A stretch of DNA of 63,820 nt, filler included, from a bacterium (GTDB lineage Bacteria; JAJRZV01): NCBI GenBank assembly GCA_024275095.1. It is 4 parts of 4 records of this genome, joined end to end, with 100 filler letters (N's around TTAATTAATTAA, not from the genome) between each part and the next. Parts side by side here need not be neighbours in the genome. Positions count along the whole stretch, not along the records: positions 1 to 30,170 come from JAJRZV010000005.1; positions 30,271 to 44,456 come from JAJRZV010000076.1; 2 more parts are not named here. One strand, given 5' to 3'. A model generated the notes under the pieces. The model searched no databases and had not been told where the DNA came from. It worked only from the letters and a program-made list of their open reading frames with translations. Each line of letters opens with the position of its first letter. The stretch's first letter is position 1. A program made the position numbers and the translations under genes. Shown here one piece after another: positions 27,750-37,982 of the stretch.

Positions 27750-28926
27750 ATGAGACGCAGACAGATCACCGCCGTTTTAACCGTACTGTTGGGAACTTTT
27801 TTCTCACCGGGATTTCCGCCGGGGTGTTATATCTTTACTTTAGTCAGAATATTGAACGCTACTGCTGGAGCCGGCCCCATATACAGAAACTGGTCTCTCC
27901 TGCCGAGAAACCACTCGCAGAAGAACATCTCAAAATTCCTTTTTCGGAAGATGGTTCCTATCTTACCAAAACGCTATCCCTGATTTTTGGAGGGAGTGCA
28001 AATGCTGATACTCTGAAACCTGAAGAGCGGGTGATTGAGATTCTCAAATATGTCTCCAGTGTTATTCGACCCGGGAAGCCAGGCGGCAGTGGTACAGATG
28101 CTCTTAAAAACCGCCTGGGCGCATGTGACAGCATGGCCAAAGCACTGATAGCACTGGTACGCAAAAGCGGCATACCTGCCCGGTTTGTCACAATGGCCAA
28201 TTTGAAGGTAATGGGGTCCCATACGGGGGTAGAAGTATTTTATGAAAATAACTGGCATTTTTTGACCCAACCTTCGGAGTATTCTTCTATTCCAGAAAAA
28301 CATACGATGGTAAAGGATACATACCTTCATTCCAACAGATACTTGAACGTCCCGAAGCATACTACATGTTTAAAGTAGTTGACCAACCGTGGCAGGGCAC
28401 GTATACCCGCAAAGCGAGACAATTTCCTGTGACACCCGTGGAGAGTGAGTACCTTAAAGACAGGTACAAAGTCGGACTCCCTGAAATGTACATGTTGAAT
28501 GTTCGGGCAGCTTTTCCGGTGAGAGAGGGTTGGCATATGATAGCCTCATTTCCAGTGGTGGTGGATTTGCGAGATTCTGAAAGTGTTCAGCTCGGGCAAA
28601 TAGATGGCTCCAGTGCTGAGTTGGTTACATTCAAACAGAGATTTACCGGTAATGGTCGCCTTTCAACCAATGCCTTTCACACGTGGTTTGTTCACCTGCC
28701 GTCCTCTCCGGTTAATCTCCTCGTGGAATACATAAGCACCCGCAAAAATGCTTCGTCACTGAACCTTGTCCCTTTGATAGGGGTGAGGCTTACACGAGCA
28801 GAGAAAGAGAAAAACATTCAGCGTTTCTTTCTGAGTGCTGGAGAACAGGAAATCGTTTTTGCCGTGTTCAGTCCCGGGGTACCGTGGCCTGTGGATTCCC
28901 TGAAAATTTCTATCATTTTTCCATGA
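27750..28926 (+). pseudogene. Membrane-anchored transglutaminase-like gene interrupted by two -1 frameshifts (pseudogene, recoded gene or assembly error)
   Basis: Adding one T at each T6 run (27797-27802 and 28258-28263) gives a 392-aa ORF: MRRRQITAVLTVLLGTFFLTGISAGVLYL...GACDS...HTGVEV...WHFFDPTFG... Confidence 0.75.
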
Positions 28927-28988
28927 ACTGTATATCATCACCTTATTACGGTGACGGTAGCGGGACAGAAATTAAAGAAAAAAGACTT

Positions 28989-29017
28989 TTCATTATACAG
29001 CTTGTCCAGTTTAAAAT
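28989..29017 (+). promoter_or_regulatory. Promoter predicted to give leaderless def mRNA
   Basis: TTCATT-17-TAAAAT, then 6 nt to ATG 29024, with no SD. Confidence 0.45.
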
Positions 29018-29023
29018 TCTTAT

Positions 29024-29518
29024 ATGGCGATTCTGAACATTAAAGTATTTCCCGATCCTGTTTTAAGGAAGGAAGCCGCTGGTGTAGATGTATTTGACGA
29101 AGAGCTGAAAGAGCTCGTTGAGGATATGAAAGAAACTATGTACGCTCGTTCTGGTATAGGCCTGGCTGCCCCGCAGGTAGGTGTACTTAAACGGGTGATT
29201 GTCGTTGATGTAGAGCAGGTGGATGGGGAACCCTCTCCCATTGTGCTCGTAAATCCCGAAATACAGGAAGCAAAAGGCTGGATTGAGCTGGAAGAGGGGT
29301 GTTTGAGTGTGCCGGGTATCCGGGAGAAGGTGAAAAGGCGCCGTTTTGTGCACGTGAAAGCGTGGACAGAACATGGAGAGCCCGTTGAGATAAAAGGAGA
29401 GGGTCTTCTCGCGGTGGTCCTCCAGCATGAGATAGACCACCTTGATGGTATTCTTTTTATAGATCGCCTTTCTCCTGCCAAAAAGAAACTTGTCAAAGCT
29501 GTGCTGACACAGGGCTGA
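29024..29518 (+). CDS. def: Peptide deformylase
   Basis: GIGLAAPQ, EGCLS and QHEIDHLDG. Confidence 0.97.
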   Translation: MAILNIKVFPDPVLRKEAAGVDVFDEELKELVEDMKETMYARSGIGLAAPQVGVLKRVIVVDVEQVDGEPSPIVLVNPEIQEAKGWIELEEGCLSVPGIREKVKRRRFVHVKAWTEHGEPVEIKGEGLLAVVLQHEIDHLDGILFIDRLSPAKKKLVKAVLTQG

Positions 29519-29618
29519 ACGGTAAAAAACACTCCTGAAGTCAAGTAATAGCAAATCTTTTTTAAGAGATTGGGTCAACAAGCTTTTGTAATCTGTTAAT
29601 CTTTCAAGTTTTTCTACC

Positions 29619-29647
29619 TTGACATCCGGTTTTTTACCTGGGACAAT
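29619..29647 (+). promoter_or_regulatory. Promoter (extended -10) for zapB-like/zapA, predicted leaderless
   Basis: TTGACA-17-GACAAT with TG, then 7 nt to ATG 29655. Confidence 0.5.
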
Positions 29648-29654
29648 TAACAAA

Positions 29655-29885
29655 ATGAGTATTGAAAAGAAAATAGCCCGGCTTGAAGAGGTGTCTCAGC
29701 AGGTCCTGCACTTTATACGCGAGTTAAAAGAAAGGGAAAGCCGGTTGCTTCAACGAGTGCAGGCACTCGAAGAAATAATGAAGCAGGATGTAAAAGTTCA
29801 GAAGGAAGTGCTGCAGATATTGAAAGAAATTGTCACAGAGGTCAAGGACCTGGAAGATGAACTCAACGGAAGAAAAAAGAGTTAA
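29655..29885 (+). CDS. Short coiled-coil protein, ZapB-like by position
   Basis: Heptad pattern. Directly upstream of zapA. Confidence 0.6.
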   Translation: MSIEKKIARLEEVSQQVLHFIRELKERESRLLQRVQALEEIMKQDVKVQKEVLQILKEIVTEVKDLEDELNGRKKS

Positions 29886-30170
29886 ACAGGTCAAAATTCT
29901 CGGTCAGGAACTCAGGGTTGCTACTGATCTGGATGATGAAGGTTTTGAATATATCACTTCTCTCGTGGGCGAGATAGCCCAGCGGATAAAGGGAAAGTTC
30001 CCGGACGCACGCGTTGTGGAAGTAATGATTCTTGCAGCCCTTGAAATAGCGGAAAGGCTTTACAGGCTGCAACGTGGCGATTCTCAGGATGAAAAAGGGT
30101 CCATTGACATGCGCCTGGAGAGGATAATAGAATGCTTAGACAGGGAAATAAAAAATGGACAGGAAAGGGA
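29857..30170 (+). CDS. zapA: Cell division protein ZapA (runs to the contig end)
   Basis: V.ILGQE..V and ILAALEIAE pattern. No stop before the linker. Confidence 0.75.
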
Positions 30171-30270
30171 NNNNNNNNNNNNNNNNNNNNNNNNNNNNNN
30201 NNNNNNNNNNNNNNTTAATTAATTAANNNNNNNNNNNNNNNNNNNNNNNNNNNNNNNNNNNNNNNNNNNN
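30171..30270. other. Artificial contig linker
   Basis: N44-TTAATTAATTAA-N44, giving stops in all six frames. Confidence 0.98.
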
Positions 30271-30401
30271 CGGGACTGTTGGTGCAAAGCGCTTATGTAT
30301 GCACTGCATTCTTCAGGACGTTCCCGCAGGCACAAAGCACATACACCAAGCCGGGAAGAAAGGCGCGCTTTTGTCTCACCACACACCCGACACCTGTACA
30401 T
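30271..30401 (-). CDS. 5' fragment of a probable radical SAM (PflA-related) protein with N-terminal Cys pairs
   Basis: MYRCRVCG...LGVCALCLRERPEE...H..SR resembles the N-terminus of that family. Truncated by the contig edge. Confidence 0.5.
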
Positions 30402-30598
30402 CAGCGCACCCCGGATTAGACTTCTTTCTTTCGTGTGTGCTTCGGCACCATTCATAAATATTTTAATACTTTTTGCTCTCCGAAAATTCCTTTTCTCTCC
30501 ATCACCAAAGGGGTCTCCCAAAACACACATTGTGTAGCTGCATTTATACCCACCACCCCTGCAAAACTACCCACCTCGTTTCATCCCACCATTTTTAA

Positions 30599-30627
30599 TT
30601 GACTTGTTTACGTGGCTGCGTTATATT
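30599..30627 (+). promoter_or_regulatory. Sigma70-type promoter for the histidine kinase
   Basis: TTGACT-17-TATATT. Confidence 0.55.
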
Positions 30628-30697
30628 TGGGCTATTATGAAAGAAAAGAAATCAATTTCAGATTTATTTCGTATATTAAAAATCCATCATATATTTC

Positions 30698-32770
30698 TTG
30701 CATCTTTTCGTGAGGTATTACGTGGGCACGTCCAGCTGCAATTATACCAGTAACCACCTCAACGGAGCGCTCTTGCGCATTTCGCTGATGCACCTTTCGG
30801 CCTCCGCCGATTTTATCCACGTACTTAAAGACATGCTCTCTCTGGTGGCAGAAGCTCTTGCAGTTTCACGTGTATGCGTATGGCTGGTGGAAGAAAATGG
30901 GAAACAGTTGAGAAGTCTTCTTCTCTACGAACGCGAAAAAAAGAGATGGTCATCAGGGAACGTGATCACACGAAAAGAGCATCCCAAATATTTTAATGCT
31001 CTGCTCCAGGAGCGGCTTATCGCCATCAGCGATGTAGAAAACGATGTCCGCATAAGCGGATTTGCAAAAACGCACCTCAAACCTCACCACATTAAATCAG
31101 TTCTGTACGCGCCATTGCGGGTAAGTGGGGACCTGAAAGGAGTCCTCTGCTACGAACACACATCCCCGCGCGAATGGAATCGTGAGGAGCGTGCTTTCGC
31201 AGCCTCAGCAGCTGACATGGTAGCTCATCTCTTGGAAACGCGAGCACGCATTGCTGCAGAAGAACAGTACCGGTCCCTGGTCGAAGGAGCTCCTGACGCG
31301 ATCGTTGCTGTAAATGAAAAAGGGCAGATTGCACTTTTCAACAGGGCAGCAGAAAACCTCTTCGGATATTCACGACAGGAAATTCTGGGCCAACCTCTTG
31401 AACTTCTTGTACCACCCGAAATTTCAAAAGACCATCCTGTATGGTGTGCAGAATACAGGAAAAAGCCGTACCGCTGGGATATGGGTCAGGGTCTGGACAT
31501 TTTCGCCCGCAAAAAAGACAACTCGCTCATACCCGTGGAAATCTCACTCAGCCCTGTTCAAAGTGGGGGAGAAACCATTATTATCGCATTTGTCCGGGAT
31601 GCCTCACGAAAACGAGAACTGGAAAAACAACTCATGCGTGCACAGCGCATGGAAGCGGTGGGACAGCTTGCAGGAGGAGTAGCGCATGATTTCAACAATC
31701 TGCTCACCATTATCATGGGTAATGCAGACCTGCTTCTCCAGGCTCTTGATCCTGACCACCCGTTTTATTCGGATATAAAGGATATTTCAGACGCAGCTCA
31801 CCGGGCCGCTCAAATCACCCAGCAACTCCTCACTTTCAGCAAGCGCCAGGTGATGAGAAGAGAAGTCCTGGACCTCAACAACATTCTCCGCGGTCTGCGC
31901 AAAATCGCCACGCGTCTTCTGGGAGAACAGATACAATTGAAGTTCTCTCTTGCAAAAGATTTAAAAAACATCAAAGCTGACCCTGCTTCTCTCGAACAAA
32001 TGCTGCTCAACCTTCTTATAAACGCGGGTGATGCCATGCCGGAAGGAGGGACAGTCAAAATATCCACAGCAAATGCAATCCTTGATCGGAAATACACGGA
32101 CATGCACATAGAACTGGAGCCTGGAGAATACGTCATGCTCACTGTGAGCGATACCGGCAAAGGGATGGATCCCGAAACACTTGAACACATCTTCGAACCT
32201 TTTTACACCACACGCGAGGAAGGTACAGGGCTGGGACTCGCCATTGTTTACGCTGCCGTACACCAGATGGGCGGCGGAATTTACGTGTACAGTGAAGAGG
32301 GCAAAGGAACCACGTTTAAAATTTATCTACCCGCTGTTAAAGAACCTTCGAAAAGACCGCGAGGGCGTCCTTTAGAAGAGAAAGAAATTGCTGCTGCAGA
32401 AAAAAAGGCCGTTATTCTAATAGTAGAAGACGACGAAAGCATTCGGAATTTCATTAAACGAGCTGTTAAAAAAACCGGTCACCGTGTCAGGGCTGTAGAA
32501 AGCGGAGCGCAGGCGATAAATATTGCCAAAAAAATGACTACGCTTGACATCGTAATATCAGACTGGATTCTCAAAGATGAACGAGGACCGGATGTAATTC
32601 ATGCTGTTCGTCAGATACACCCCAATGTCCAGGCGATCATCACATCGGGTTACGCCAATGAACGCATTAGTCCTGAAAAAATTAAGGACTTTATCTTTCT
32701 ACCCAAACCATTTACTGCAAATGACCTTACCGAAGCGATAACAAAAGCACTCCAGAAGAAGAAAGAATAA
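30698..32770 (+). CDS. Hybrid sensor histidine kinase (GAF-PAS-HisKA-HATPase-REC); start uncertain
   Basis: GAF (APL...G.L.G.LC.E), PAS (FN.AAE.LFGY), AHDFNN H-box, NL.INA, DTGKG, EPFYTT, GTGLGL, and a REC domain with VEDD, SD and KP. Confidence 0.93.
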   Translation: MHLFVRYYVGTSSCNYTSNHLNGALLRISLMHLSASADFIHVLKDMLSLVAEALAVSRVCVWLVEENGKQLRSLLLYEREKKRWSSGNVITRKEHPKYFNALLQERLIAISDVENDVRISGFAKTHLKPHHIKSVLYAPLRVSGDLKGVLCYEHTSPREWNREERAFAASAADMVAHLLETRARIAAEEQYRSLVEGAPDAIVAVNEKGQIALFNRAAENLFGYSRQEILGQPLELLVPPEISKDHPVWCAEYRKKPYRWDMGQGLDIFARKKDNSLIPVEISLSPVQSGGETIIIAFVRDASRKRELEKQLMRAQRMEAVGQLAGGVAHDFNNLLTIIMGNADLLLQALDPDHPFYSDIKDISDAAHRAAQITQQLLTFSKRQVMRREVLDLNNILRGLRKIATRLLGEQIQLKFSLAKDLKNIKADPASLEQMLLNLLINAGDAMPEGGTVKISTANAILDRKYTDMHIELEPGEYVMLTVSDTGKGMDPETLEHIFEPFYTTREEGTGLGLAIVYAAVHQMGGGIYVYSEEGKGTTFKIYLPAVKEPSKRPRGRPLEEKEIAAAEKKAVILIVEDDESIRNFIKRAVKKTGHRVRAVESGAQAINIAKKMTTLDIVISDWILKDERGPDVIHAVRQIHPNVQAIITSGYANERISPEKIKDFIFLPKPFTANDLTEAITKALQKKKE

Positions 32771-32798
32771 TTTCAATTTTCGGGGTCAGCCTGCCTGT

Positions 32799-34226
32799 TC
32801 AATAAAGAAGTTGAAGGGCCCCTTCCGCAGCCACTTTCACCACATCAAGCAGCGACTTGGGATCCACCCCGTATGCCAGTACAAAAAGAGAAAGAAGAAG
32901 TACTCCTGCAACCGTGAGAACTTTCGCGTTACCAGTGGAACCAGTCCCCTCTCTCTTTTTCATATACATGAATACAATCACCTTTAAATAATAATATGCT
33001 CCAACCATAGATGTGAAAATCCCCACGAGAGCAAGCCACCAGAGCCCACCATCTACAGCGGCTTTAAAGGCATAAAACTTGGCCATAAAACCACCAGTGG
33101 GGGGCACCCCTGCGAGTGCAAAAAAGAGTATTACTCCACACAATCCTATAAGAGGCTTTTTCACTCCAAGAGCTGTCAGATCCTCAAATGTTACTCCCTT
33201 TCCTTCCTCACCTTCGTTGTAAGAAATCAACCCAAAGGCACCCGCAGACATGAGGGCGTAAAGAACCAGGTAAAATAACGCCGCGACCACACCTTCCTTG
33301 TGACCGGTAGCCAGAGGCACCAGGATATAACCTGCGTGCGCTACTGAAGAATATGCCAGCATGCGCTTTACATTATCCTGTACCAGTGCTGCAAAATTGC
33401 CCCAGACCATACTTATAACAGCCAGTGCAATAATGATGTGCTTCAACTCGGTGACAAAGGCAAAAAATGCGAAAAGCCGGATAATCCCTGCAAATGCCAC
33501 GAATTTGATGACAGCCGACATAAAAGCCGTGTAAGGTGTGGGGGCACCTTCATATACATCCGGTGTCCACATGTGGAAAGGTGCGAGAGACGCCTTGAAG
33601 GCCAGCCCGGTAGCAAAAAGTGCAAGCCCGGCAATGAGGATATGTTTTGATGCTCCTGTGTGCAGTGCGTTCACCGCTGCTATCATACTTGTAGAACCTG
33701 CAGCAGCGTATATCAACGCACTTCCGTAAACCATGACACCGGTGGCAAAGCCACCCAGCAAAATGTATTTCATGGCTCCTTCGGCTGGACGCGGACGATT
33801 GCGCAAAATTCCTGTAAGCACATATACGGGAAGTGACGCCAGCTCTATTCCCACAATGAGCAGGAGGAAATCACCGGCCATGGCCGCTATCAACGCACCT
33901 GTAACGGAAGCAAGAACAAGAGCCGTAGCTTCTCCTGAAGCATGAGGATTGGCCCGACGATAATCAGCAACGACCAGACCTGTAAAACCTGCTACAGCAA
34001 CAGCAACAATAAAGGCAATCCTGGCAAGCGCATCATCCACCAACCTCAAAGCAGCAACATGAGAGCCGGCAAGTGGCCGTGTCAAACCCATTACTGCAAG
34101 CACACCAGCAGCAGCAAAAAGATACACAAGTGCCACCCACCAGCGGCGACCCGTGAAAAGAGGTGAAAGCATTACGGCTATCAAAAAGAACACACCGGCC
34201 GCAACTGGAAGTACAAGAGCCTTCAT
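32799..34226 (-). CDS. nuoN: NADH-quinone oxidoreductase subunit N
   Basis: EGAMKY, FK...PFHMWTPDVYEGAP and KRMLAYSS. Operon order. Confidence 0.95.
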   Translation of the reverse strand: MKALVLPVAAGVFFLIAVMLSPLFTGRRWWVALVYLFAAAGVLAVMGLTRPLAGSHVAALRLVDDALARIAFIVAVAVAGFTGLVVADYRRANPHASGEATALVLASVTGALIAAMAGDFLLLIVGIELASLPVYVLTGILRNRPRPAEGAMKYILLGGFATGVMVYGSALIYAAAGSTSMIAAVNALHTGASKHILIAGLALFATGLAFKASLAPFHMWTPDVYEGAPTPYTAFMSAVIKFVAFAGIIRLFAFFAFVTELKHIIIALAVISMVWGNFAALVQDNVKRMLAYSSVAHAGYILVPLATGHKEGVVAALFYLVLYALMSAGAFGLISYNEGEEGKGVTFEDLTALGVKKPLIGLCGVILFFALAGVPPTGGFMAKFYAFKAAVDGGLWWLALVGIFTSMVGAYYYLKVIVFMYMKKREGTGSTGNAKVLTVAGVLLLSLFVLAYGVDPKSLLDVVKVAAEGALQLLY

Positions 34227-35779
34227 TCTCCCTCTCCTCCGTGCTCATGAGGGGATTCTTCAGCAGGAAAACGAATGCCCTTGAGATGCTCTGCCATCCA
34301 GTTTGTTCGTTCGAATTCAGCCAGTTCCAGATAGTGCTTTGTCGCGGGTTTCATTATCTTAAGCACCCGACCCGGGAAAAGGCCCAGATATACAATGAGG
34401 ACAATCAGGGGTATAACGCATACCCACTCCCTCACGCTCATATCACGAAGGTTTCTGTTTTCATCGTGGGTTATGGGACCGAAAAACACCCGCTTTATCG
34501 CCCACAGCATGTACGACGCTGCCAGGAGAGCTCCTATTGCCGTAAACACGCCTGCGAGGTAATGTTCACGAAATGCACCGAGAACCACCAGCACCTCACC
34601 GATAAAACCGTTCAAACCGGGCAAGCCAATAGATGAAAGACCTACAATTACAAAAGCAGCAGAATAGAGCGGGATCGCTGCTGCCAGCCCCCCGAAATCC
34701 TTGATCAAGCGCGTATGCCTGCGATCATAAATCATTCCTACGAGAAGGAACAAAGCTCCGGTCGAAAGTCCGTGATTGATCATCTGCATAACAGCGCCGT
34801 CCACCGCCTGCTGATTCGAGCTGAAGAGCCCAACCACAACAAATCCCATGTGACTGACAGAAGAATATGCAATAAGCCTCTTGAGGTCTTTCTGCACAAG
34901 GGCCAGCATCGCTCCATACGAGATCGCAATGAGTCCGAGAATCAGGAATGTCCACCGAAGAGCACCTGCTGCATCCGGATACACAGGAACACCGTAGCGG
35001 AAGAAACCATACGCACCGACCTTTAACAACACGCCTGCAAGGATAATGCTACCGGCAGTGGGAGCCTCTGTGTGCGCATCCGGCAACCATGTGTGAACAG
35101 GAAACATGGGTACCTTGATGGCAAATGCCAGTGCAAAAGCAGCAAACAACCATTTGCCCACGCCTACGGGTATCCCAAGGCGAAGGAGGTCATCCAGGTC
35201 AAAAGACACTCGACCAAGCTGTGCGAGTGAGAGTTTGCCAAGATAGATAAGAGCAAGAAGCATAAGAAGGCTACCCACCAACGTAAAGAGAAAGAATTTT
35301 ACCGCAGCATATATACGATTCCCGGAGCCCCAGACGCCGATGATCAGTACCATGGGGATGAGCATCATTTCCCAGAAAATGTAAAAGAGAACGAGATTCA
35401 ACGCACTGAAAGAACCAATAATGGCAGATTCCAGGACCAGAAAAGCGATGTAATATTCCTTTTCATACAGGAAAATGGATTTGAAACTGGCGAGAATAGC
35501 AATAGTAGTGAGAAAAGTTGTCAGGATAATCAGAAGAATGGAAACACCGTCTACACCCAGGTAATAGTTAATCCCATAAGCGGGAACCCACGCCACCTGT
35601 TCAACAAATGCGTATCCCTTTTCAGGAATTCCATACCACAACCGCAAAGAGAGGATCAGCTCGATAACGGCTGCGACAAATGCTACAAACTTGACATCCC
35701 CTTCGTAGCGCCGGGGCACAAGCATAATGATGAGTGACACCACCAGCGGAAACATGATGAGCAGGGTGAGCAGTTTCAC
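34223..35779 (-). CDS. nuoM: NADH-quinone oxidoreductase subunit M
   Basis: FYIFWE, HTWLPDAHTEAPT and LIAYSS. GTG overlaps the nuoL stop. Confidence 0.95.
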   Translation of the reverse strand: MKLLTLLIMFPLVVSLIIMLVPRRYEGDVKFVAFVAAVIELILSLRLWYGIPEKGYAFVEQVAWVPAYGINYYLGVDGVSILLIILTTFLTTIAILASFKSIFLYEKEYYIAFLVLESAIIGSFSALNLVLFYIFWEMMLIPMVLIIGVWGSGNRIYAAVKFFLFTLVGSLLMLLALIYLGKLSLAQLGRVSFDLDDLLRLGIPVGVGKWLFAAFALAFAIKVPMFPVHTWLPDAHTEAPTAGSIILAGVLLKVGAYGFFRYGVPVYPDAAGALRWTFLILGLIAISYGAMLALVQKDLKRLIAYSSVSHMGFVVVGLFSSNQQAVDGAVMQMINHGLSTGALFLLVGMIYDRRHTRLIKDFGGLAAAIPLYSAAFVIVGLSSIGLPGLNGFIGEVLVVLGAFREHYLAGVFTAIGALLAASYMLWAIKRVFFGPITHDENRNLRDMSVREWVCVIPLIVLIVYLGLFPGRVLKIMKPATKHYLELAEFERTNWMAEHLKGIRFPAEESPHEHGGEGE

Positions 35780-37683
35780 GTGGCCCACCTCCATACAATA
35801 TATGCGAGAACGAGAAGCACTCCAGCAAGCATAGCAAAACCGTAAGCCTGCACATCACCTGTCTGAAGTTTTCTCAACTGTCTCCCTGTTCCAAGAGATG
35901 TTCGAGCCGCGGTGTTGAGAAAGCCTTCTATAATGACATCATCCACAATGTAACGCATTATGCCATCGGAAATGCCCAGATAGGTCTTAACAAAAAGCGT
36001 ATCGTATATTTCATCCACCCAGTAACGGTTGAAAAGGAGTGCGTAAGCGGCTTTGAAACGCTGCGCAATCTTTTCAGGAAGAGTGGTATCTACCACGTAC
36101 ATCCGATATGCGACTGCCCAACCCGCAACAGCCACAATAGTGGAAAGGAACATAAGTCCCATCTCCAGGCCTGAAGCTCCGTGAATTTCAACGCCATGAC
36201 GGAACACTCCTTCCATAAAAGCCTCTATAAGACTGTGGTGAGGGAACCCAAGAACAAATCCACCAATAAACGAGAGCACTGCAAGTATTGCCATGGGGAT
36301 GATCATAACTGGTGGTGATTCGTGTGGATGTACAGATTCGTCATAGCGGGGAGTGTTATAGAAAACCAGAAAGATCAGTCGGAATGTGTAAAAAGCCGTC
36401 ATAAATGCTGCTGCAATACCCACGGCCCAGATCAATTTATGTCCGGAAGCAAATGCCTTGAAAAGGATCTCGTCCTTTGAGAAAAATCCTGCAAACGGAG
36501 GAATGCCCGCAAGAGCCAATCCCTCGATGAGGAATACCCTGTACGTCCAGGGCATTTTGTCCTTCAGGCCGCCCATCTTCCGAATGTCCTGTTCTCCAGA
36601 CATCCCGTGGATTACACTACCTGCACCCAGGAAGAGAAGAGCCTTGAAAAAGGCATGTGTCGTCAGGTGAAACATGCCCCCTGCATAAGCCCCCACTCCC
36701 ACTCCCACAAACATGTATCCAAGCTGGGACACAGTGGAGTAAGCAAGCACCTTTTTAATATCAGTAGCAACCAATCCCATGGTCGCGGCAAAAAAGGCCG
36801 TGGCCACACCCACCCCTGCCACCACATCCATGGCAAGCGGTGCAGCAGAATACGCAAAATTCATTCTTGCCACCATATATACACCCGCAGTAACCATGGT
36901 GGCCGCATGGATGAGAGCACTCACAGGAGTAGGGCCGGCCATGGCATCAGGAAGCCATACATAAAGTGGTATCTGAGCAGATTTACCAGTGGCACCTACA
37001 AAAAGGAGAAGTGTTGCTGCAAGCACCACCCACTCTGGAAGGCGGGGTACCACTGCCTGAAGCTGTGAAAATTCAACCGTGGGATGTGATACAACTGCAC
37101 TGCCCCACAGAAGCGTCGCAATTCCCAAAATAAATCCCAGGTCGCCAATGCGGTTGACGATAAACGCCTTCATGCCGGCACGGGCTCTTTCTTCTTCTGT
37201 GAACCAGAAACCAATAAGAAGATACGAACAGAGCCCCACTCCCTCCCATCCCAGAAACATCAGAAGGAGGTTGGATCCCAAAACCAGTACCAGCATCATG
37301 AACACGAAAAGATTGAGATAAGCAAAATAGCGGTAGTAGCCCTTATCCCCGTGCATGTAACCTATAGAGTAAACATGGATGAGGAAACCAACCCCCGTAA
37401 CCACCAGCACCATCCAGCCGGAAAGGTGATCGAACACAATGGAAAAGGGAATGGACACCTCTCCTGATGCAATCCAGGTAAAAATGACATCACGAATATA
37501 CCCGTGCTCTCCCAGACCAGCCAGCTGGGACATGAAATAAACACCGGTAGCAAAGGAAAAGAAAATGCTCGCGGGACCAACCCATGATACAACGCGTTCT
37601 CCCGCTCTTTTCCCCAGAAAAGCGTTAAAAAGAAACCCTGCAAGGGGAAAAAGCAATATTAATCTCAGCATGGCATCTTCCAC
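35776..37683 (-). CDS. nuoL: NADH-quinone oxidoreductase subunit L
   Basis: WEGVG, NRIGD, KSAQ.PL..WLPDAMAGPTPVSALIHAATMV. Confidence 0.96.
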   Translation of the reverse strand: MEDAMLRLILLFPLAGFLFNAFLGKRAGERVVSWVGPASIFFSFATGVYFMSQLAGLGEHGYIRDVIFTWIASGEVSIPFSIVFDHLSGWMVLVVTGVGFLIHVYSIGYMHGDKGYYRYFAYLNLFVFMMLVLVLGSNLLLMFLGWEGVGLCSYLLIGFWFTEEERARAGMKAFIVNRIGDLGFILGIATLLWGSAVVSHPTVEFSQLQAVVPRLPEWVVLAATLLLFVGATGKSAQIPLYVWLPDAMAGPTPVSALIHAATMVTAGVYMVARMNFAYSAAPLAMDVVAGVGVATAFFAATMGLVATDIKKVLAYSTVSQLGYMFVGVGVGAYAGGMFHLTTHAFFKALLFLGAGSVIHGMSGEQDIRKMGGLKDKMPWTYRVFLIEGLALAGIPPFAGFFSKDEILFKAFASGHKLIWAVGIAAAFMTAFYTFRLIFLVFYNTPRYDESVHPHESPPVMIIPMAILAVLSFIGGFVLGFPHHSLIEAFMEGVFRHGVEIHGASGLEMGLMFLSTIVAVAGWAVAYRMYVVDTTLPEKIAQRFKAAYALLFNRYWVDEIYDTLFVKTYLGISDGIMRYIVDDVIIEGFLNTAARTSLGTGRQLRKLQTGDVQAYGFAMLAGVLLVLAYIVWRWAT

Positions 37684-37684
37684 G

Positions 37685-37981
37685 TCAACCTCTCAAAGCT
37701 CTCCATTCGTCAATTTTTTCAGTGCCCACCACCCTGAAGAGGGCGAGCAGGGCTGCAAGAGCCACGGCCGCTTCCGCTGCAGCAATTGCGATAACAATCA
37801 AAACGCTGGCCAGTCCCTCTGGCCCACCCCACTGTTTTGAAGCGGCAACGAAAACAACATTGGCAGCATTGAGCATCAGTTCCAGAGACATGAGCACGAC
37901 AAATGCATTGCGCCTCGTGAGAAACCCAACGGCTCCCACTGCAAACAAAACCGCTGAAAGAATGATCAATTCTCCAAACAT
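37685..37981 (-). CDS. nuoK: NADH-quinone oxidoreductase subunit K
   Basis: RRN, ELMLNA and AAAEAA. Confidence 0.95.
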   Translation of the reverse strand: MFGELIILSAVLFAVGAVGFLTRRNAFVVLMSLELMLNAANVVFVAASKQWGGPEGLASVLIVIAIAAAEAAVALAALLALFRVVGTEKIDEWRALRG

Positions 37982-37982
37982 T

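Noticed and set aside
30171-30270. Identical TTAATTAATTAA palindromes flanked by N runs (also 44457-44556 and 56331-56430)
   Set aside because: These are artificial contig-joining spacers. Gene adjacency across them has no meaning, and ORFs running into X residues are truncations.
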